From an uncultured Planctomycetaceae bacterium (GTDB lineage: Bacteria > Planctomycetota > Planctomycetia > Pirellulales > PALSA-1355), in NCBI GenBank assembly GCA_963785305.1, contig CAWAUV010000009.1, forward strand, positions 224,001 to 288,000: a stretch of DNA of 64,000 nucleotides, in the 5' to 3' direction. Each line of letters begins with the position of its first letter. Positions within the stretch are counted from its first letter, which is position 1. The notes beneath the pieces were generated by a model that saw only the letters and a program-made list of their open reading frames with translations, searched no databases and had not been told where the DNA came from. Below are positions 56,313 to 64,000 of the stretch, piece after piece. The position numbers and the translations under genes are program-made.

Positions 56313-58027
56313 GGGACCAGTTCAGCTTATGCGGCGGTGGCGAGGGGGGTGGAGCGGCGGTGGAAGGGGTGGCCGGGGCGTTGCGAGAGGTAGTCCTTGA
56401 GCCGGCCGTCGTCGCTGAGGGCGGCGGCGCGGAGCTGCAAGATCGCTTCCGCTCCGTCGGGATCGTCCCAGAACATTTCGGTCCCTTTCACGCGCAGGTT
56501 CATCTGTTTGATCAGCGACTCCATCGGGCGCTGGTGACCGGCAGGCCCAGGCGGCGATAGCTGGGATAGTCCATCCGCTGGCGATTGTTCGTCAAGTACC
56601 GCACGGCGTCGACGAGCGGTTTCTCCGCGTCACTGGGTTTCGTATCTTCCCAGTCGATGCCCCGGGCGAGGCAGGCTTGCTTGATCTCGTCGATCACGTG
56701 ATCGACCTGGCCTTGCCAGCACCAGGTGACGAACTTTAGATAGAGCGACCAACCCTCCGCATCGTTGGCGGCCAGCGCCAGCGCCGCGCGGTAAACGTAT
56801 TGAATCGCATGAATGAAGTCGAGGACGGGCGTGAACGTCGGAAAATGTTTTTTCCAGATCGACCAGTTCCAGTTCAGGCCATCACCGAGGAAGACCCGTA
56901 AAGGAGAATCGTAGAACCGGCGCCGCTGGGCTTCGCGCGCATCAGCGGGCCGAAATCCTCCGAGCAGGACATACTGCTCAGCGCCGTGCGCAGCACGCGC
57001 CGCGGGCCTTCGTACTTCACGCGGCGGGGTTTCTCGGCGGCGGATTCTTCGCCGGGCGAATCGAGGCGGGGAACCGCTTTTTCCGCGATATTCGCCACTT
57101 TTTTCGCGATGCGAAAGGAAGTCGGCAACTCGGGGCAAGCGTCTTCGTCCGCGACATGCCGCGGGTTGAGAGACATTCGCTCGAACGAAGCGTTCTTCGT
57201 TTCGCGCCAGCCTTTCTCGCCCGACGGCACGACGCCGCGTCCCCGGCCCGGCTCGCGCGTGCGAATGCGGCCGCCGTCGCAAGAGACCACCGCCGCTTCC
57301 GGCACGACGACTTCCTTGACGACTTTTTTATTGTCGCTGGGCGCCGGCAGTGCCTTCCCGTCGGCCAGTTCCTGGCCCACCTGTTTCACCAAACGCCGAA
57401 TCGTGCTGCAGGGAACTTTGTGTCCCAGCACTTGCTCGGTGGTCACTTCCGCGCCCTTGAACGAACGGACTTCCGCGGCTAGGCAGACCACGGCTCGCGT
57501 CAACTCGGGCGTGACCTCGCGGCTATCGAGTCCCAACGTCAACCGCTGAGGGAAAAAAAGACCGCCGGCAGCGGTCGCAGTAAGCGGTCGTCTCGGTCAC
57601 CTCGACCCGGCCATCCAGGCTGGTGACCGGCCTCGTTGCGGTTTGCACGCGGCACGACGCTCCGCAGGTGGGGCAGTTCGCTTCCGTCGGGCAGCTCGCG
57701 GCGACTTCACGCATCGCTCGCTCTTGGGCTTCACGGCTCAACTCGCGGCCGAGCGTGATAGCATACCGCTCGATGACGCTATAGTGCGGCGTGCCGAGGA
57801 ACGCCCCCTGCTCGACCATCTCCTCGATTCCCAGTTCGGCCAATTCCCGCAAAAGTTCCTTCCTCCTGGCCTCGCGGGCCTGCATCGCGGCGTCCATGCC
57901 TAGCGCTCCTTAAGCAAGTTTCGTTCACCGATCAAATCCACCTCGCCCAGCTTACCACACAAACCCCGAATTCTCCTATTGACGTTTCCACATCCACCCC
58001 CCAACCCGCAAAAGCTGAACTGGTCCC
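56313..58027 (-). mobile_element. ISKra4-like insertion sequence, two ORFs (57523..57897 and 56327..57542)
   Basis: Terminal IRs gggaccagttcagcttatgcgg / ccgcaaaagctgaactggtccc; CPTC...CDRCRRSFFP with T6C3 at the ORF junction; DGG, LGDG, LDFIH, YLTNN, MDYPSYRRLGLP, RVKG..MFW. Confidence 0.85.
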
Positions 58028-58186
58028 CGTTCGCCCCCGCGATTCCGCGATTCCGCGATTCCGCCGCTTGGGAGTTCGCCTTGTCGCTGCTCGGCGGGCT
58101 CGCTAGAATCCGCCACCAAAATTTTGCAACCGATAGTCCCGAGAGATCGGTTGTCCGGGCGGCGCGAGCAGAAAGAGGCGTTTTCC

Positions 58187-58807
58187 ATGATCGACGTCAA
58201 GCAAGTCATTCAGCTTCATCGGGATACGGTCGCGGACTGGCATCGGGTGGCGCCGAGCAATCCGCATCATGGTTTTTTGCATGCCGTGTGCGAGCAGCAT
58301 AAATTCAACTTTCTGCTCTGGCACGAAGAAGACATTGCCCGCAGTCCCGACGCGGGCGATGTCCGGATCGCCGCCGTGAAGCGGGCCATCGATGGCTACA
58401 ACCAGAAGCGGAACGATTGGATCGAACGGCTCGACGACTTTCTGCTCACCGAGTTGAACTGCTTGGGGGTCGAGCCCCAGCCTGGCGCCACGCTCAACAC
58501 CGAAACGCCGGGCAGCGCGATCGACCGGCTTTCGATCTTGTCGCTGCGGCTCTATCACATGGAAGAGCAGGCCCTGCGGCCCGACGCCTCGATCGAACAT
58601 ATCGGCAAGGCTCGTGACCGGCTCGCGATCTTGCGCGAGCAGCACCACGATCTCGCGAACTCGCTCGCCGAACTGCTCGACGATATCGTCGCCGGCCACA
58701 AGCAGCTCAAGCTTTATCGCCAATTCAAGATGTACAACGACCCGACGCTCAATCCCTACCTATATCGCCGCGGTTCGGGCGGCCCCGATTCGAAACAGGC
58801 CGCGTGA
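58187..58807 (+). CDS. DUF4254 domain-containing protein
   Basis: [47 protein letters not shown]. Confidence 0.85.
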   Translation: MIDVKQVIQLHRDTVADWHRVAPSNPHHGFLHAVCEQHKFNFLLWHEEDIARSPDAGDVRIAAVKRAIDGYNQKRNDWIERLDDFLLTELNCLGVEPQPGATLNTETPGSAIDRLSILSLRLYHMEEQALRPDASIEHIGKARDRLAILREQHHDLANSLAELLDDIVAGHKQLKLYRQFKMYNDPTLNPYLYRRGSGGPDSKQAA

Positions 58808-59148
58808 TCGCATCTCCGCGCCAGGGCAAGATCGGCGATCCGCGCGATCCCGATCCCGCGTCTCGGGCGAGGATTCGGCGCCTTCGCGTCGCGCGACATC
58901 GGGCGTTCGACGTTGTAGCCGCAATCCGCGAGGGGCGATTTTATTTGCATCGCGCGAACTTCGGCGGTTGCTCTTGCGACACAATCATCGCGAGGCGAAA
59001 CTCGACATTACCCGCCTTTGCTGCTTCCCGCCCTGAAACATCACGGCCCCGCTGAACGCGGCCGCCGGTAGAGCCCCCAGCGAGCGCGTGCCGACCACTT
59101 GTCGGCGCCGCGAACTTCGCGGTCCGTCAAATTGTCTTACCACGAAGG

Positions 59149-61092
59149 ATGCGTGGCTTGCAGAATCTCGATTCCCACGAAAACGATCGGCTACGGCCAG
59201 GCTTGGCGTCGAATTGGGCCACGATCCGCCGCATGCTCGCGCTGGCTTGGCGGTTTCGTTTCGGCTGTTTGCAAATCCTGGCCCAGCAAACCGTGTTGAT
59301 CACGCTCGGCCTCGGCGGCCTGGGGCTCACGGGGCTGGGCATCGATGTGATTCGCCGCGCGGTCGATCCCCAGGCCGCGGCGCCGCGCTGGCCCTGGAGT
59401 CTTGAGCCGCCCGCGAGCTGGTCGCCGCTCGCGGTCGTGGCGTTCATTTCGGGTTTGATCGCGCTGTGCGCCGTCGCGCAAGCCGCGCTTCGCTTTCACG
59501 ACGCCACCACCGCCGCGCGCCTCGCGCAGCGCATCGTGGTGAAACTACGCGGCGACATTTACGACAAGCTCGGGCAACTCGGCTTTCGCTTTTTTCAGGC
59601 CAATCCCTCGAGCGCGATCATCAACCGCGTGGCGGGCGATGTACAAAGCATGCGCATGTTCGTCGATGGCGTGATTATCGAAATGCTGGCGGTCTTCATC
59701 TCGCTCGCCGTGTCGCTCGCTTACATGCTTCGGATTCATGTCGGGCTCACGCTCGCGTCGCTGGCCACTACTCCGCTCCTTTGGCTCTTGGCGGTGCTGT
59801 TCTCGCGAGCCGTGAAGCCGGCCTATCGGCACAATCGCGAGTTGAGCGACCGCACGATTCTTCGCCTTTCGGAAACAGTGCAGGGCGTGGCGGTGGTCAA
59901 GGGGCTGGCGATCGAGGAAGACGAGATCGCCCGCTTTGCCGCGGCCAATTCGGCGGTGCGCGATCACAAGCGCACCATCTTTTGGAAGATCAGCCTGTTT
60001 CAACCCACGATCTACTTTTTCACCAAGTGGAACATGGCGGTGCTGCTGGCCTATGGCGGCTACCTCGTGATTCGCGGTGAATTGCTGCTGGGCGAGGGCC
60101 TATTCGTCTTCGCCAACCTGCTTCAACAAATCGCCAATCAGATCGAGCAGATCACGAACATCGCCAACACGATTCAGTCGAGCATCGTGGGCGCCCAGCG
60201 GGTGTTCGAAGTGCTCGACGCGCCCCAGGATGTGCGAAGCGCGGCGAGGCCCGAGCGCTCGGGAAGGGTCGCCGGCGCGATTCGTTTCGAAAATGTCGCT
60301 TTCGGCTATCAGCTCGGCTCGCGGGCGCTCGAGGCGATCGACTGCGAAATCGAGCCCGGCCAGCGGGTGGCGATCATCGGCGCGACCGGCGCCGGCAAGT
60401 CGACGCTGCTCGGGCTCATCCCGCGGTTCAACGACGCGTGGCAGGGGCGGGTGCTGGTCGACGGCGTGGATGTGCGTCGCTGGGAGCTCGATGATCTGCG
60501 CCGCGGAGTGGGCATGGTGTTTCAGGAGAGCTTTCTATTTAGCCACACCGTGGCCGCGAACATTGCCTTCGGTCGGCCCGACGCCACGCGCGCCGAGATC
60601 GAGCGCGCTGCCCATATCGCCGCCGCGAGTGATTTTATTCGCGAGCTCCCCGAGGGTTATGACACGGTGGTGGGGGAATATGGCTCGAACCTCTCGGGCG
60701 GTCAGCGGCAGCGGCTTGCCCTGGCGCGAGCGGTGCTGATGGAGCCCGCCATTTTGCTGCTCGATGATGTGACCGCGAGCGTCGATTCCGAGACCGAACA
60801 CACGATTCTCGAAAGCCTGAAAGAAGTGATGCACGGCCGCACGACCCTGATGGTCACCCATCGCAAGAGCGTGATCGAGCAAGCGGACTTGGCGATCGTG
60901 CTCGACCGCGGGCGGATGGTCCATGTCGGGTCGCCGGAGGAAGCGCTCGCGATCTTCGAAGGTCGCGATGTCCCGGTGGCCACGACGCTGGCGATTCATC
61001 CGGCCCATGCTTCGCTTACCGGGCCCAAGCATTCCGCGGCTCGCGCGGCGCGCTCGGTCAATCGCCCGGCGGCGTGGAAGGAGGCGGTATGA
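59149..61092 (+). CDS. ABC exporter subunit (fused TMD and NBD)
   Basis: GATGAGKST, LSGGQRQR, LLDDVT (degenerate Walker B). Confidence 0.92.
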   Translation: MRGLQNLDSHENDRLRPGLASNWATIRRMLALAWRFRFGCLQILAQQTVLITLGLGGLGLTGLGIDVIRRAVDPQAAAPRWPWSLEPPASWSPLAVVAFISGLIALCAVAQAALRFHDATTAARLAQRIVVKLRGDIYDKLGQLGFRFFQANPSSAIINRVAGDVQSMRMFVDGVIIEMLAVFISLAVSLAYMLRIHVGLTLASLATTPLLWLLAVLFSRAVKPAYRHNRELSDRTILRLSETVQGVAVVKGLAIEEDEIARFAAANSAVRDHKRTIFWKISLFQPTIYFFTKWNMAVLLAYGGYLVIRGELLLGEGLFVFANLLQQIANQIEQITNIANTIQSSIVGAQRVFEVLDAPQDVRSAARPERSGRVAGAIRFENVAFGYQLGSRALEAIDCEIEPGQRVAIIGATGAGKSTLLGLIPRFNDAWQGRVLVDGVDVRRWELDDLRRGVGMVFQESFLFSHTVAANIAFGRPDATRAEIERAAHIAAASDFIRELPEGYDTVVGEYGSNLSGGQRQRLALARAVLMEPAILLLDDVTASVDSETEHTILESLKEVMHGRTTLMVTHRKSVIEQADLAIVLDRGRMVHVGSPEEALAIFEGRDVPVATTLAIHPAHASLTGPKHSAARAARSVNRPAAWKEAV

Positions 61093-62906
61093 GCGCATCG
61101 ATGCCCGCGGGCGGCGCGTTGCTGGCGGCTCGTCCGCGCGAGGAAGAGCAGGAGTCCCACGATCGGCCGCTCGATCTACGCTTGATCGCGCGGCTCTATC
61201 GCTACACGCAGCCGCATGCCTCGGCGCGCAATTGGCTGCTGGTGCTGGTCGTGGCCCGGTCGATTCAGTTGCCGGCCCTAAGCTGGATGATCGCGGCGAT
61301 TATCAAGGGGCCGATCACGCGCGGCGATTATTCCGGCACGCTCACCGGCGTGGGCGGATTCGTGGCGCTGGCCGTGGTCACGCAGATTTGCATGCACTAC
61401 CGCCAGCGGCTGGCGATGGAGCTCGGCGAATGCGTGGTGCATGATCTGCGCCGCGATCTGTTCGCTCAATTGCAAGCGATGCCCATGAGCTTTTTTCATC
61501 GCACTCGCCTCGGACGGATCATCAGCCGCATGACCACCGATGTGGAATATGTGCGGATGGGCGTGCAGGATGTGCTGTTCGTGAGCTTGGTGCAGTTGGG
61601 GCAAATGCTCGTGGCAGCCGCGTGCATGCTGTGGTACGACGCCAAGCTGTTCATCTTGGTCGCGCTCGTGGCCCCGGCCTTGTGGCAGTTGAATCGCTAT
61701 TTCAACCGCCGGCTCAGCAAGTCGCATCGCGAAGTGCAGGAATCTTTCAGCCGCGTGACCGCCACGCTGGCCGAGAGCGTGGCCGGGATGCACGTCACGC
61801 AGGCCTTCGTGCGCCAACAAGCCAACGCGGACATGTTCACGCGGTTGGTCGAAAATCACGCCGTCTACAACTTGCGTCTCACCAGGACCCAGGCGCTGTT
61901 TCAGCAATTGCTCGATCTGAACAATCAGGCCTTTATCGCCGTGCTCCTCCTGATGGGCGGGTATCAAGTGCTCAGCACGCACGGCGCCGTGGAAGTCGGC
62001 TCGCTGATGGGGTTCTTCTTCATGGCCGGGCTGTTCTTCATGCCGATCTCCGGGCTCGGAACTCAGTATCATCACGCCCTCACCGCCATGGCTGGCGCCG
62101 AGCGGGTGTTCGCAATGCTCGACACGCCGCCCGAATGGGTCGATTCGGGGGTGGCCCATGACTTGCCGCCGGTGCGCGGCCGAGTCGAGTTTCGCAAGGT
62201 CGACTTTGGCTACGATCCCCAGCGGCTCGTGCTCCGCGAGATCGACTTTGTCGTCGAGCCGGGGCAAAGCGTGGCGCTGGTGGGCCACACGGGCGGCGGC
62301 AAGAGCTCGATCATGAACCTCTTGACGAAGTTTTACCGCCCGACGCATGGCAGCGTGCTGATCGATGGACATGATCTGGCCGATGTCACGGCCCGCAGCC
62401 TGCGACGGCAAGTCGGGCTCGTGTGGCAGCAAAACTTTCTCTTTAGCGGCACGCTGCTCGACAATGTGCGCATCGCCCGGCCCGAGGCGAGCGCCGGCGA
62501 GGCGCAAGCCGTGTTCGAGCGGCTCGGCTGTTGGGATTTGTTCGCGGCGATGCCCGAGGGCCTGGCGACCGAAGTGGGCGAGCGCGGGGCGAACCTTTCG
62601 CTCGGGCAGCGGCAGCTCGCCTGCTTTGCCCGCGCCATGATTCTCGACCCCGCGATCGTGCTGCTCGACGAAGCGACGGCGAGCGTCGACCCGGCGACCG
62701 AAAGCCGCTTGCAAGAAGCGCTCGCGGCGCTGCTTCGCGGCCGCACCAGCTTCGTGGTCGCCCATCGGCTGAGCACGATTCGCCATGCCGATCTCGTGCT
62801 GACGATCGACCACGGCCGGATTGTCGAGTCGGGCAACCATCGTTCCTTGATGTCGCTCGACGGGCTGTACGCTAAACTCTATCATCGCTTCGCCCACGCC
62901 GGCTGA
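61089..62906 (+). CDS. ABC exporter partner subunit (fused TMD and NBD)
   Basis: GHTGGGKSS, LSLGQRQL, LLDEATAS, AHRLST. Confidence 0.92.
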   Translation: MSASMPAGGALLAARPREEEQESHDRPLDLRLIARLYRYTQPHASARNWLLVLVVARSIQLPALSWMIAAIIKGPITRGDYSGTLTGVGGFVALAVVTQICMHYRQRLAMELGECVVHDLRRDLFAQLQAMPMSFFHRTRLGRIISRMTTDVEYVRMGVQDVLFVSLVQLGQMLVAAACMLWYDAKLFILVALVAPALWQLNRYFNRRLSKSHREVQESFSRVTATLAESVAGMHVTQAFVRQQANADMFTRLVENHAVYNLRLTRTQALFQQLLDLNNQAFIAVLLLMGGYQVLSTHGAVEVGSLMGFFFMAGLFFMPISGLGTQYHHALTAMAGAERVFAMLDTPPEWVDSGVAHDLPPVRGRVEFRKVDFGYDPQRLVLREIDFVVEPGQSVALVGHTGGGKSSIMNLLTKFYRPTHGSVLIDGHDLADVTARSLRRQVGLVWQQNFLFSGTLLDNVRIARPEASAGEAQAVFERLGCWDLFAAMPEGLATEVGERGANLSLGQRQLACFARAMILDPAIVLLDEATASVDPATESRLQEALAALLRGRTSFVVAHRLSTIRHADLVLTIDHGRIVESGNHRSLMSLDGLYAKLYHRFAHAG

Positions 62907-63047
62907 TGGGCGGACGGCGATGCGCGCGCCCGGACGTTGCCCCGGCCGTTGCCGCGGGCAAGGAGCGACGCCGCGCGTCGCGGGCGAGCGCGGGTCCTTC
63001 GCGATTGGTTCGTGTTAATCGCTTTTTTCCACGAGACTCCCACTTTC

Positions 63048-64000
63048 ATGCAACGAGCCGTTTTTCGATTCTTCTCGCGCTCGACGCTGCTGATCGGGCT
63101 CGTCGTCGGCGCGTCGCCGCCCGGCGGCGCACTGGGCGACACGCTCGATGCGATCCGCGCTCGCGGCGAGCTTGTCTGGGGCGCCGATATCGAGGGTGGT
63201 GGACCCTATATCTATGTCGATCCCAGCGACTCGAACAAAGCGGCTGGCTTCGAGGTCGATCTGGCCAATGCGCTTCGCGCTTGAATTGGGCGTGAAGGCC
63301 CGTTTCCATCAAGTGAACTGGGACAATTTGCCGGCTTCGCTCACTGCCGGCGGGATTGACATAATTCTCAACGGTTACGAGCTCACGGCCTCGCGCGCGT
63401 GCGCATGGCCCATACCCGGCCGTATTACATCTATGAACTCGCGCTGCTTGGGCGGCGCGGCAATGAGCAATTGCGAGATTGGAATGATCTGGCCCGGGAA
63501 ATCGATGGCCATTGCCCGCGAGTCGGAGTGCTGGGCGGCTCGGCGCGAGCATCTATCTCAAGAAGCGGTTCGACGATCGCATCGAACAGCGCATCTATAC
63601 CAGTTCGACCGAAGCGATGCTGGAAGTGAAAACCGGCAAGATCGACGCCACCGTGGCCGATCTGCCAGCCGTGGTATTTTATCGCGACCGCTTTCCCACC
63701 CTCGAACGCTTGGGCCCGCTCGAGGGCCGCGGCGAATATGTGATTTATCTCCGCCCTGAAGACGCGCGTCTGCGCGCTGCGCTCGACGCCGCGCTCGCCA
63801 AGCTACTGAAGTCCGGCGAGATACAGCGCATCGATAAGCGTTATGGAATCTGGACTCCGGCCCAAGAAGACCTAGAGCGCGAGGCCGGCAAGAGCGACGC
63901 CGAGCGGGGTCTCGTGGCGGTGAATTTACATGGCTGGGGCGTGATCCGTGATCGCGGCTGGCTCCTGGTGCAATCGGCCGGCGTGACCGTGACGCTCGCT
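63048..64000 (+). CDS. Polar amino-acid ABC substrate-binding protein, probably fused to a permease (frameshifted, runs off the window)
   Basis: LVWGADIEGGGPY, GFEVDLA, IDIILNGYE, TRPYYIY; hydrophobic segment begins at the window end. Confidence 0.78.

Overview
GC-rich bacterial DNA, very likely from a planctomycete (DUF1501, sulfatase, PVC-type heme-binding CxxCH protein, LRR lipoprotein, conserved HTH-receiver regulator). Many otherwise intact genes are split by single-base frameshifts, which suggests an unpolished long-read assembly. Two blocks stand out. (1) A ~20 kb minus-strand lipid/polyketide cluster (18858-39246): thioester reductase, an iterative PKS with KS-KS*(CLF-like)-AT-3xACP-KR-DH architecture, a FabL-like reductase, an ABC exporter, two exported proteins and an HHxxxDG acyltransferase. 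(2) A ~9.7 kb accessory island (42456-52199) built around six copies of one short repeat, GGGTCAGGACTCATTG. These are the ends of internally deleted RAYT/Y1-HUH transposase elements. Two near-identical group II introns sit at the same nucleotide of this repeat, and their putative EBS1/EBS2 are complementary to it. An ISL3 transposase, a low-GC ORF and an Rhs toxin-immunity module are each truncated at a repeat copy. An ISKra4-like IS and ABC transporter genes lie at the right end. All family calls come from motif recognition, not database searches.
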